Shown here piece after piece: positions 13,310 through 25,282 of a stretch of DNA of 64,000 nucleotides. The notes under the pieces are model-generated. The model saw only the letters and a program-made list of their open reading frames with translations, was not told where the DNA came from and did no database searches. The stretch lies in the NCBI RefSeq assembly GCF_006345805.1, contig NC_043014.1, positions 19,716,001-19,780,000 of the forward strand, read 5' to 3'. Both the position numbers and the translations under genes were made by a program. Source of the stretch: Octopus sinensis (Eukaryota). Every line of letters begins with the position of its first letter. Position 1 is the stretch's first letter.

Positions 13310-13632
13310 CTCCCTTCGGTCATGAATGCCCATGGAATTGCACCTAGAAAGTTACCCTCCCAGGCACAAGTCCTGGTAAGAATGTTTATGGAAGACCAGT
13401 AGTCACCCATGCATACCAGCCTCTCCTCTCCATGTTATCCAAGGGAAGGGCAAAGGCCAATACAGCTTGGCACCAGTGATGTCGCAACTCATTTCCACAG
13501 CCGATTGAACAGGAGCAACGTGAAATAAAGTATCATGCTCAAGAACACAACACGCAGGCCGGTCCGGGATTCGAACTCACAACTTCACGATCGTAAGCTC
13601 GATGATCTAACCACTGAACCATGCACCTTCAC
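13310..13632 (-). mobile_element. SINE family C head with tail type C
   Basis: The minus strand starts gaaggtgcatggttcagtggttag...gagttcgaatcccggaccgg (A and B boxes), then ttgtgttcttgagca core, then a distinct tail. Confidence 0.75.
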
Positions 13633-13937
13633 ATAGCGTCATATAAATGTAGTGAAATTTGGTATGGAGTAAATGTGCTACAGATGCAGGGCACACGGGC
13701 GATTGATAGAATAGATTATGGCAGATACAGTTGAGTCTATTGTCGTAGGGTATTATTGTTCTGTTATTATTTAATGCTAGGTATCTCTGATCGTGCATAA
13801 ATGTCTTCCATTTGCTCTGATCGAACCTAAATGTTTAAGAATAAAGATTTTCCAACCATAGCCATCCAAGAAATTACCAAAACAGCGTATGGGAGACAGG
13901 ATTATCTGATATATATATAGAATAATTATTTAAAACA

Positions 13938-14150
13938 AGGCGGTGATTTGGCAGAACCGTTACCGCACCGTACAAAATTCTTAGCGGTCTTTCTTCCAGT
14001 TTTACGTGCAAAGTTCAAATTCCGCAGAGATCAACTTTGCTTTCATCCTTTCGGATTCGATAAAATCAGTACCAGCTGAGCACCGGACTGGAGTCGATGT
14101 AATCGACCAACTTTTGACCCGCAACCACCCCTCAAATTTAATCCTTGTGT
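13938..14150 (+). mobile_element. SINE family B
   Basis: ggcggtgatttggcagaacc...gttcaaattccgc...actttgctttcatcctttcgga, as in 41300-41516. Confidence 0.75.
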
Positions 14151-14386
14151 TTAAAACCACAGTAAATAATTGACTAATGATTTATATGCCATTTGTTGTG
14201 GTAGGTCGAACTAGACGCTCAGATGATCTTCGACGGGAAATTCGTACTTCTCTCTACATTACAACTAACTCACTGAAGTATTGAAAAGCATTCAATGTCG
14301 TTTAATATAATCCTAAAAAGAAATTTATCATTTAATATATACTAGAACCTAGTTTATGATATGACATATCTACAATATATTCCAAT

Positions 14387-14428
<42 letters not shown>

Positions 14429-15967
14429 CTCTTAATGGCGATCTTTAGCAACATGTCAGGCCAAGTACAACAGACTTATGAAGTAAGGCATTCCTTTATC
14501 ATTCCAATTTTTGTTCAGCATTATATTATACCATATTTCTTTTCTTTTTTTTTTTTACTATGCTAAGGTGTATTATAAAATCGATTTTCTGCTTTAACTA
14601 GTAGTTTGGTTACGCACCTTCATTGCAGAAGTATAGTTATCTAGCACACTCTCACAGAAAACATATAAGTATATATCTATTCCTCTCTGGCTGCATTTCT
14701 TCTTTCTTTCTTTCTTTCTGTACATATGTGTGTGTGTATTTGTATGCATATACGTATGTATATATGTGTATATCTGTATGTATGTGTGTATATATATTAT
14801 GTGTCTGTATGTATGGATAGATAGATTTACATATATACATGCATATATAAATATACAGGCTCGCTTATGCATTAGTATGAAATACAGCTGGTTTCATGAT
14901 ATATCTAGATCCTTATCTTTCTAGCATTATGTGAGTCTGTTCGCGTATGTACGTGCGTATATGCGCATGCGTATGTGGATATGAGTACGTTCGTGCGTAT
15001 ATGCGTGTGTTTCTGTGTGCGTGTGTGTGAGAGTGTGTGTATTTGCCTGTGTGTTTGTGATCGTTCATTACAACAGTTTTGACTAAAGGCTAGAGAATAA
15101 GAAGTCGATGCACCTTCTAGTAGAGTAAATCAAATTTTATGGAATTTGTATTGACTAATGTACTTCTGTTTCGCTTGACTTGGTTTTTCGGATCACTGGC
15201 CATCGGTTTAAATTGACTAAAAGTCTACAAAATGACGGGGAAACATGACGAAAGGAGACGGAGTAGATATTAGTGCTGTGTTCTACTTTTCTAACCAATG
15301 TATACCTATTAACCCTTACGTTAACCTATATATCAGTTCATCAATGTGTACGTGTGACTTTGTATAACTATGATTTTGTATATAGGTGCATAAACACATT
15401 AGTGTTTGTTAAAGTTTTTGCATTTGCATGTTCGTACGTTTTCTATGAGTGTTACCATGCATTAAAGGTAGTTTAGAACTTGAATGCCAGGATTTATTAA
15501 AATATAAATGTTCAAAACATAGCATCTCTAGCAAGTGTTTTCTACTATAGTCTCCAGCCGACCAAAACCTTGTGAGTGGATTTGGGAAGTGGGCACTGAA
15601 TGTACAATGACAATGGATAGGAATATGTACATCAAAGGAGTTGAGATGACGTAATATCTGTAGACAGAATGGTGGAAAATGTGATGAAAAATGTCAAGTG
15701 ACCCAGCTGGGAAGTTAGCATGTTCAAAGGGATTTATTATTTCTTAAATTTTAAGTGGGTTCGTATGCTATGCTACTTTAATTATTTTACTGCATGCTCG
15801 ATTAAGAAATCAAATAATTTTGAATATTTTATATGTGCAAAAAGATAAAATGAATATGATGAGCGAGGGAAGGTAGTTTGGCAATATATTATTTCAAACT
15901 TCTCTGATGTGCAATGGTTACACAGACTATGTTTTGACTAGAGATTTTCAATTTTAAATGATGTTCT

Positions 15968-16180
15968 CTTTTACTTTTTACTAGAATTATCATTGCTGGA
16001 TTACTGTCTCGAGAATTTTTAGCCGAGTGAATCAACCTCAGTGTTTTTGTAAAGCTTGGTACATAACCTATCGATCTTTTTAACGAACCGCTAGTTTACA
16101 GGGACGTCAACACGTCAACAGCAGTTGTCAAAAGATTGTGGAGGACGAACACAGACACAAAGACACACACACACAAATAT
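15968..16180 (-). mobile_element. SINE family A, decayed 3' half (the MITE sits at its TA-rich middle)
   Basis: gaaccgctagtttacagggacgt...cagcagttgtcaa...acacagacacaaagacacac. Confidence 0.6.
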
Positions 16181-16183
16181 ATA

Positions 16184-16691
16184 CCGTAAATCCTCGAGTA
16201 TAATCTGCATTTTTACCCAAAATTTAAAGGTCAAAATACCTAGTGTGTATTATACACGAGGTTAAAAATGAAAATTATTTTCTAAGCAATGTTCGAGTCT
16301 CTATTTGCTGTCCGGCAATGTTTATTCAGACACATTTTGTGATGTCGAGCGCGAAAATACCTTAGGCTAAGCCTGAAAGCAATGAAGTCATAAAATAATC
16401 ATCCATAACTTACAGTAAGCAACATTTGTTAAACGTTATTACTGTTATTTCTTTATTTTCTGCAAACAAAATGCACAAAAAAGCTACACGTTTGCATTAT
16501 ATTATATATACAATAATAATAAAGTAAGTTACCGTATACATGTTTACACACCAAGGACGTTATATAGACCTCGTTGACTCAAGTTAGAGAAGGGGTGCGT
16601 ATTATACACGAGGTTTAGGTCTTTCAGAGGTACAGCCCCTTAAAAACCCTCTACGTATTATACTCAAGGCGGACTATACTCGAGGATTTAC

Positions 16692-16693
<2 letters not shown>
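16184..16693. mobile_element. MITE (pogo/Tigger-like Tc1/mariner derivative), 510 bp
   Basis: Perfect 19-bp TIR ccgtaaatcctcgagtata / tatactcgaggatttacgg, TA on both flanks, subterminal repeats of gtattatacacgagg, no ORF. Confidence 0.9.
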
Positions 16694-16742
<49 letters not shown>

Positions 16743-16831
16743 TAATAAATAAAATATATGCATACATACAAACATATATGTACGTACCTACATCTACATG
16801 TATATATACATGCATATATAAATATATATAT

Positions 16832-17186
16832 ACGTGAGTACAGGACACCACAACTAGACGTAGAACTCAACGAGAAGCGAAAACGGAAAAGCCATTTTTT
16901 TACAACAGAAAAACAGAGACGTGGAACTGGACGAGAAACGAAAACGGGAAAAACATTATTTTACAACAGAAAAACAAAGTGCAGGACATACTACACAAGG
17001 AAAAATCCCCAATCATCAGCTGTCGCTAGTTAGACTCAAGCGTGTTTCGAAGGCAAGACAGTACACGATTCGTCAAAACTAGGCCTTCCTGCGAGAGAAT
17101 TAAAATAAAATTACCTCGCAGAGGGGTAAAACAAGCAAGAAAAAAATGTAACACAAACAGGACGTAACAATAAAACTGCAGTACTG

Positions 17187-17187
<1 letters not shown>
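16832..17187 (-). mobile_element. Short (TA)n-flanked element with a ~60-bp tandem duplication and a degenerate HHR-like motif (probable solo PLE pLTR)
   Basis: Duplication at 16857-16917 and 16918-16978. Minus strand 17026-17082 reads ctagtt-TTGACGA-...-GAAAC-acgcttga-GTC-t-aactag. Confidence 0.45.
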
Positions 17188-17239
<52 letters not shown>

Positions 17240-17241
<2 letters not shown>

Positions 17242-17648
17242 CGCAGGAGTGGCTGTGTGGTAAGTAGTTTGCTGACCAACCACATGGTTCCGGGTTCAGT
17301 CCCACTGCGTGGCATCTTGGGCAAGTGTCGTCTGCTATAGCCCCGGGTCGACCAATGCCTTGTGAGTGGATTTGGTAGACGGAAACTGAAAGAAGCCTGT
17401 CGTATATATGTGTATATATATGTATGTGTGTTTGTTTGTGTGTCTGTGTTTGTCCCCCTAGCATTGCTTGACAACCGATGCTGGTGTCTTTATGTCCCCG
17501 TTACTTAGCGGTTCGGCAAAAGAGACCGATAGCATAAGTACTGGGCTTACAAAAAAAGAATAAGTCCCGGGGTCGAGTCGCTCGACTAAAGGCGGTGCTC
17601 CAGCATGGCCGCAGTCAAAGGACTGAAACAAGTAAAAGAGTGAAAGAG
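17240..17648 (+). mobile_element. SINE family A, full length (tRNA-derived head, CORE-like tcttgggcaagt segment, internal TG/TA microsatellite)
   Basis: A-box-like tggctgtgtggt and B-box-like gggttcagtccc. Near-identical copies at 29068-29450 and 55042-55447. Confidence 0.9.
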
Positions 17649-17699
17649 ATATATATATATATATACATATATATAAAGTGAGATAAAGAAAGAGAGTGA

Positions 17700-17863
17700 G
17701 ACGGGCTTCTGTCAGTGCTCGTCTCCCAAATCAACTCACAAGGTCTTGGTCGGTGGGAGACTATAGTAGAAAACACTTACGCAAGATGTTACGTTGTGTT
17801 ATTGAACCCTGAAGTGTGTGGCTGGGAAGCAAGCTTCTTACTATACAACCACAGCCTGCGCCT
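17700..17863 (-). mobile_element. SINE family A 5' half, inverted next to the full copy
   Basis: actcacaaggtcttggtcgg...ctatagtagaaaacactt...cctgcgcc. Confidence 0.75.
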
Positions 17864-18732
17864 ATAAAACCTAGTCATTTCTTTTTTGTTACATTCTTTT
17901 GCCAATTCGTAGACATGCCGTTGTAAATACTTTTGTGAAATTTATATCTATACTCAGTTCATCAGAATTTGGACATTTAAGTAAGTCAAATATGTGTCTA
18001 ACGTATGCAGTTAGATATCAACTACAGTCTGAACAATATCTTCAATTAAGCATTTGAGTTTCGAGGTCAATATTTGGTTCTAATGAAATTGTAACTGTTT
18101 GTTGTTGGATGTGGTTGCAATTTCAATTGGTTGAATCATACTGATATTTGTGAAAGCAGAGTGGATGAATAAATATTTTGAGTTTCTTGCAAGGTATTTT
18201 TTTGCATTTGTAATCAATTTTTGCACGTAGTACATTTAGTTTCGAGTAGTAGACATTTTTGTCACCGGAGCAACAACAGGAAATAAAATAACAACAATAA
18301 CAACAATGATAACACTAACAAAAATAGTTTTCAATATAGAATTTTGTACGAGACAAATAAGTCGAGGGATTTCAGGGATAGAATTTAACTGGTACATCGT
18401 TTTATGAATCCCAGGATGATGAAAAGCGAATAAATTTTCAAAATAATGTTGACTAAGTTAGGTTTTTAAAATGCAGAACAAATATCACGAGAAACTTTCT
18501 CTGACACTCTAACGGTTGTGCCTATGTATCACGTTTCATAGCCTCTAACATACATAGACACAATGCAAGAAATCCCGATAGAGGGATTTAGTCGATTAAA
18601 CAGACTGCAGAACGTGATTACATTTTAAATTCATCGATACCAGAGAGATTAAATGAAATACTAGATTCGGGAGAATCTATCAGGCATATTCAGAGGTTCT
18701 AAACGATTCAGTCAATTAACTGCATTAATAAA

Positions 18733-18945
<213 letters not shown>

Positions 18946-19102
18946 ATTTCCAATTTTGGCACATGGCCAACAATTTTTTTAAAAATTTCTTTCCCTGGAA
19001 GGTAGACCGTTAAATTTGAGCCCACTACTATTTGAACTTATAACATATAGACACCGAAGACACAGCATTTTCCGCTGTTCTACAGTTTCAACCATACAAC
19101 GG

Positions 19103-19180
<78 letters not shown>

Positions 19181-19206
19181 TATTATTATTATTATTATTA
19201 TTATTA

Positions 19207-20155
19207 AGTGAGGGAGCAGTGCACGCCATCAAAGTGACACTGGGGCAAAATATACGAAGCCCAGTATACCAATCATGACTACCCGTCTGATAAATGTACA
19301 CCAAGCAATTGCATTACGACCATATGTACGTGACATGGTGATCTCATATCAAGATAAACAGTGCGTGACCTTGCAGGTGGGAACCAGTTAGAATTTTCTT
19401 CAGATCGAGTAGCCCATCCCACTCAAAAGATCACTGAATAAGGGTTGTTTAAGGATGTTGAAAAACAAACACTCATGTTTTCAAAAGTGAATTATCCAAA
19501 CCCAAAGAATTTCTCTCAACACATGGCTATGATGCTACCCCACTACTTCTACTCGTGATCAGAGATGCACACTAAGGGACATGCTCAGCTAGTTAAGGTC
19601 AAGCAACTGACAAGCAAATCTGTGGTATTGAGTAGAATATTTTCTGTAGCTCATCTTTTATACCAATCAAAACAATGTACATGATAGCAGCGCATGCCAT
19701 TAAAGTGACACCGGACTACAATTATACGAAACCCAATATACGCATCTTGACTACTTGTCTGATAAGGGTACGTCAGGCACATGCATCACAACCATATGTG
19801 GGTGGTATGATGATCTTTTATCAAGATAAACAGTGCATGACATTGCAAGCGGAGTCCAGTTTACATTTTGTTCAGATTGAGCAGCCGATCCTGCTCAAAA
19901 GGTCCATGAATAAGGTTCGTTTAAGAATGATGAAAGAAACAAACATGTTTCGAGAAGTGAATTATTCAAACCCCAAAGAGTTCCCCTTAACACATTGATA
20001 TAATATCCCTCCACGACTTTTGCTCGTGATCAGAGATGCACATATCGTCAGCCACTAAGGGACATACTCAACTGGTTACGGTCAAGTAACTGACAAGCAA
20101 ATCCGTGGTATTGAGCAGAATATTTGCTGTAGCCCATCTCTTATACCAAGGCATT
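19207..20155 (-). mobile_element. Two tandem copies (19207-19685, 19686-20155) of the ~550-bp (TAA)n-associated element
   Basis: Reverse complement of 30030-30581, flanked on both sides by (TTA)n/(TCA)n arrays. Confidence 0.9.
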
Positions 20156-20188
20156 ATCATCATCATCATCATCATATTATTATTATTA

Positions 20189-20243
<55 letters not shown>

Positions 20244-20451
20244 GAGTAATATTAAACAATAATAATAATAATAGTCAGAATAATAATAGAAGAAGAAGAA
20301 GAAGAAGAAGAGAAGAAGAAGAAGAAGAAGAAGAAGAAGAAGAAGAAGAAGAAGAAGAAGAAGAAGAAGAAGAAGAAGAAGAAGAATGGTAATAATGATT
20401 ATCATAAAAATGGTGATAAAACAACGCCAACAACAAAAAACAACAACAATG

Positions 20452-20488
<37 letters not shown>

Positions 20489-20494
20489 TGATGG

Positions 20495-20540
<46 letters not shown>

Positions 20541-20580
20541 ACAAATAATGATAATACAAATAATGATAATAATAATAAAG
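20153..20580. repeat. Compound (TTA)n/(GAA)n/(ATA)n/(GAT)n microsatellite
   Basis: Direct tandem repeats. Confidence 0.95.
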
Positions 20581-21069
20581 AAGCAATATCTTGGTAAAGT
20601 CTTCGTGTTTTATTTTTTCCATTGTTTTAGTTGTTTAAATATGTATAGAATCACAGCAAGTGTAATGTCTTGAACATCAGATCCATCACGTAATAACCCA
20701 ATTGTAGAATATATGTTATGTGAAACTGTTCACGCAAACACCCACACCCACACATACACACACTCACACACCCACACACACACAAACACAAACACCCATA
20801 CACATATCTATACACACACACGAATGTATGTGTGTGTACGCGCACTTTCCTGGTTCTGCAGTGTCAATGTTATTTAATCTTGCGTTTACAACTTCCATCC
20901 TATATTTTTCAGCAATTCTTTACCAATTTTTAAAAATAAATTTTCACATATATTGTTAGAATTGTTTATTTATATATTCTTTTTCGAATTTCTGTTTTCT
21001 CATTTTTCTCTTCTAACATATATATATATATAGTCATATATCTGCCACTAATATGTATGCGCGTTTGCA

Positions 21070-21130
<61 letters not shown>

Positions 21131-21805
21131 ATAAATTTTATTTGTTTAATTTTATTTTGATATCTCACTTCTTCTACTACATCTTTAACACGCCAAATAG
21201 CATTCGCTTGGTTCATTGCTGAAACTTATCACTCACACGACTCGGTAATTCCATTTGGGGGAACATTAAACCAGATTTGAAAAACCCCATTTCTTTGCCA
21301 TAATGACATTATATAATTCTATTGTTGAATGAAGTCTGCATGAATGATATGTATGCATGTGTGTATGCAGGCACTCGTATATATATATGCATGTGTGTGC
21401 GTTTGTGTGTGAGAGTGTGTATATCTATGTATATCTGTATATATATTTATAGATTTATAGATGCGTAAGTATATATATATATATATACATATATTGATAG
21501 ATACATAGATATATATATACATATATATATATACACATATGCATAAACACATGTATAGTTATATATACAATTGTATGTATATATATATATATATATATGT
21601 AGGTAAAGTTTGATGGAAAGGTAAAAACAGATGATACAGTGATATATAAGGAGTTGCATATAAGCAGATGGAAACTCTTACAACCCTCTGCACATCTGCA
21701 TCATCTTCGTTCATATGCATACATACATTTATATATACATGGACATATTAATTGGGTTATATACATATAATACGAGTATAATATACATGGATGTGTAAAT
21801 ATATG

Positions 21806-21836
<31 letters not shown>

Positions 21837-23379
21837 GTGTAGTAATACGCGCATACACAAACTCATACAAAGTAATACATGTATGTGTCTATGTGTATGC
21901 CTATATGTGTGCGCACGTAGGAACATGCATATATATATATATACATATGAGTGTGTTTCTTGTCTGTGTGTATGTATGTCTGTATGTATGTTTGCCTGTA
22001 TGTATGTATCTGTGTATGTATGTATGTATGTATGTATGTATGTATGTATGTATGTATGTATGCATGTATGTATGTATGTGTATGTGTCTTACAGTAAATA
22101 TGCGTAAGTGTATCGGAATGTGTCAGCATTTCTTTTCTATGTGTGAGCGAGTTTGTGGCATGGTACTTGCTTAATGCTTTAAATGTGTATGTGTGTGTGT
22201 GTGTGTGAGTGCGTGTGTATTCCTTTGTACGTGTGCGTGTGCTCCCCTGCCTGTCTCTGTGTGCGAGTGCTTGTGCGTGTGCGTGTTAGCGCACGTTTGC
22301 GAGTGTATATTTATTTACACTTTCTTATAAACGTATAAAGCGTATCGCTCACGTTCTTGAAGATAATTTTCCTCTGTGGTTGAAATACCAGTAGAGCAAC
22401 TGAAACACGCTAACTTTGCAGGTTCCAATCAAATCATTCATCGAAACATCGATTTTTGAGTCGGATACACACATGCGATTTCAACACACAAGCACTCATA
22501 AACACGTTCACATACTCCGGGGCGCACATATATGCGCAATCATATACATATATATATACGTGTGTGTTTGTGCGTATGTGAATGAATACGTCCGTGCAGG
22601 TCTGCAATGACCTGATGCATTCGTTTATATAAAGCAGTATAAACTTAAATAGTTCCGCTAATTATAATCTATAAACATCGACACATAAAAAGATCACTAA
22701 GATTTTTAAACACATTTTCAGGAAGGAAAATATTTGCATATTCTCTTTAACATATTTATGTGTAAGTGTATGTTGTGCATATGTGGGTCTGAGAGCCTGT
22801 ATGTATTTATGTCTACCTTTTCGCATGTGCGTGCTATTTTTCTCTTCAGATTGTGCATGCGTGTGCATGTATGTGCACGTGTTTGCAAGCGTGAATGTAT
22901 TTCGATACGCTTACTGTAATTACCAAATGCACAAACACACAGAATCTTATATTTGATCTCCTCAGCCTTAATGCAAATGAGCATGATTTGAATACAAAGC
23001 ATAAAGAGAAACGTGAAAGCAAAATACGCAGTTTAACTTTTCATTGGTAGACTCTGAGTTTCGTGATAGAAACATACAAATGATTCACAACGAAGGTATT
23101 TAATCCATTCGTCGGTCCAGCATTATTTTATAAATCACGTTTGAATGATCTGCGATTCAAAGCAAAGATTTGAAAAGGAAGCAAACTTATGTCAGACGTA
23201 ATTCACGTTACGTTACGTAATGAGACTTTTAGAGATTTAGAATACGTTTCGTAGTGATTTACGAGACGTTGTTGTCATTGTTGTTGTTATTGCACATATA
23301 CTTCACTTCACACAAGGACGTATATGTATATGCATATATATATATATATACAATGATATGTTACTTTACTCGGTAGTCA

Positions 23380-23442
23380 AGATAAAACTCTGAGTTTCAG
23401 ATGCCGAAGTGGAAATCCACAACACCATCTCTTCGGTTATCT
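23380..23442 (-). ncRNA. Inverted identical copy of the pLTR hammerhead-like motif
   Basis: Exact reverse complement of 24916-24978. Confidence 0.6.
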
Positions 23443-23483
23443 GGCTATTTGAAAACGCTATGAAAAAATACCGTTAAATAAAG

Positions 23484-24790
23484 ACATTACTTTTCAGTGA
23501 GAACACAAAGTGGGTAAAAAACACTGACACAGAGGGCGCTTTCGATGTGAGCATGGGTTCATATGATGAGGCAGGCATCTGTGATCTAATTGGACTTTTT
23601 CTCCTAGATACCTTAGGTAAGACATTCCCTAACGTACATTTCGCCATCTACAAAGATGATGCCCTCGCCTTAACAGCTAATACAAATGGATCAGCACAAG
23701 ATCGTTTTAGGAAGGATATTATCCATTAAATGAAATACTTCGGACTTAGTATAACTATAGATACTAACCTGACGGTTGTCAATTTCTTAGACGTTTCCTT
23801 AGATCTTAATAAGAATATTTATAAGCCTTATAGGAAGCCCAATGATAGACTAAGTTATATTAATGTAGGTTCATGCCATCCCCCTATAGCATTCAAAAAT
23901 TTAGTTAAAAATATTAGTAAGAGGATTTCTAGCCTCTCCTCTGATAAGGACATCTTCAATAGCGTTGCCCCTTTAAAAGATAGTGGTTTTAGCGAAAAAA
24001 TAAAATATACACCTATCACTAGCCCAACAGTAAGGAAAAGGAATAATAGAAATAGGAAGGTCATCTGGATTACGCCCCCTTACTCACCCGAGGTTGCCTT
24101 CAATATAGGTAAATATTTCCTAGCACTGATAGATAGACATTTTCCAGTTAACCATACTTATAGGAAACTCTTCAATAGACACAATTTAAAAATTAGTTTT
24201 AGTTCAACTACCAATTTTAAAAACATAATCAAACATAATATACAAAAAACACAACAAGAAAACAGCTGTTCATGCAGGAATAAAGATTTGTGCCCGCTAA
24301 ATGGAGCTTGCATGTCCAAGACCGTCATATATGAAGCTACCGTAAACTCTATAACCACTAAAGACACCGTTTCGACGAAGAAATACGTGGGCCTTACAGA
24401 GGGTAATTTCAAGGCCAGGTTCAATAACCACACTTTGAGCTTTAGGCACTGGAACAAAAGAAAAGCGACACAATTATCTAATCATATTTGGTCTTTAAGA
24501 GATAAAGGTGTCGATTATAACATACAATGGAAGATTTTGGCCAGATGTAAGCCCTATACCAACGGCAGCGGAAGGTGCGGTTATGCGACATGGAGAGATG
24601 GCTTATCTGGAAAAGCAGCTTAGACCCTACTACATGTCTAAATACAAGGACAGAACTTTTCGGATCATGCCCACATGTGACTAAATTTCTGTTACGTTTT
24701 GGTCCCCTAAAGAAAACAGATAGAACATGCTTTCTATGTTATGTCCCAAGAAGATTTTATATATTTTTATATATTTTTATATATTTTTAA
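23484..24790 (+). pseudogene. PLE reverse transcriptase C-terminal half plus GIY-YIG endonuclease
   Basis: FDVSMGSYD, IYKDD (YxDD), VNFLDVSLDL, YKPYRKPN, CHPP, CSCRNKDLCPLNGAC, VIY...KYVGLTEGNFKARFNNH, TQLSNHIW, LC..E, CLN.R.ELFGSCPH. One in-frame TAA (23727-23729) and one frameshift near 24578. Confidence 0.9.
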
Positions 24791-24915
24791 TATATTTTTA
24801 TATAATTTTTATGACGAAAAATACGAGCGATGTATAAGTACGCAGGCAAGCAGAGTTATAACACAGTAATTTCCCTTTATTTAACGGTATTTTTTCATAG
24901 CGTTTTCAAATAGCC

Positions 24916-24978
24916 AGATAACCGAAGAGATGGTGTTGTGGATTTCCACTTCGGCATCTGAAACTCAGAGTTTTATCT
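24916..24978 (+). ncRNA. Type-I hammerhead-like ribozyme variant in the PLE pLTR
   Basis: Stem I agataa/ttatct; core CCGAAGA; extended stem II gatg..gtgg-attt-ccac..catc; tGAAAC-tcaga-GTT. Confidence 0.6.
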
Positions 24979-25098
24979 TGACTACCGAGTAAAGTAACAT
25001 ATTATTGTATAGATAAATTTCTTCTATTTACATAATATTGAGGTTTCTTTATTTCTTTTGTTATCTTACCGTTTTATCAATATATACATATATATATG

Positions 25099-25129
<31 letters not shown>

Positions 25130-25282
25130 TATATATGCATATACATATGCATATACATATGCATATACATATATATATATTTACATATAAATATATATAT
25201 GCGTATTCATATATATATGTATATATATTATATATATGCATATATATATATGAATATATATATATATATATATATATACATA

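Larger units (their letters stand above)
23347..25081 (+). mobile_element. Penelope-like retroelement (Naiad-like), 5'-truncated, with inverted 5' pLTR copy
   Basis: RT and GIY-YIG coding region 23484-24790. 23347-23483 is an almost perfect inverted copy of 24875-25011. Both flanks are (TA)n. Confidence 0.9.

Noticed and set aside
19675-19998. 107-aa ORF in the 550-bp element (also 30350-30628 and 61925-62134)
   Set aside because: The frame and stops are not conserved between copies and no domain is recognisable.
23727-23729. In-frame stop in the Naiad-like ORF as possible selenocysteine recoding (reported for some Naiads)
   Set aside because: The codon is TAA, not TGA, and it is not at a Cys-like position. 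It is best read as a nonsense mutation.
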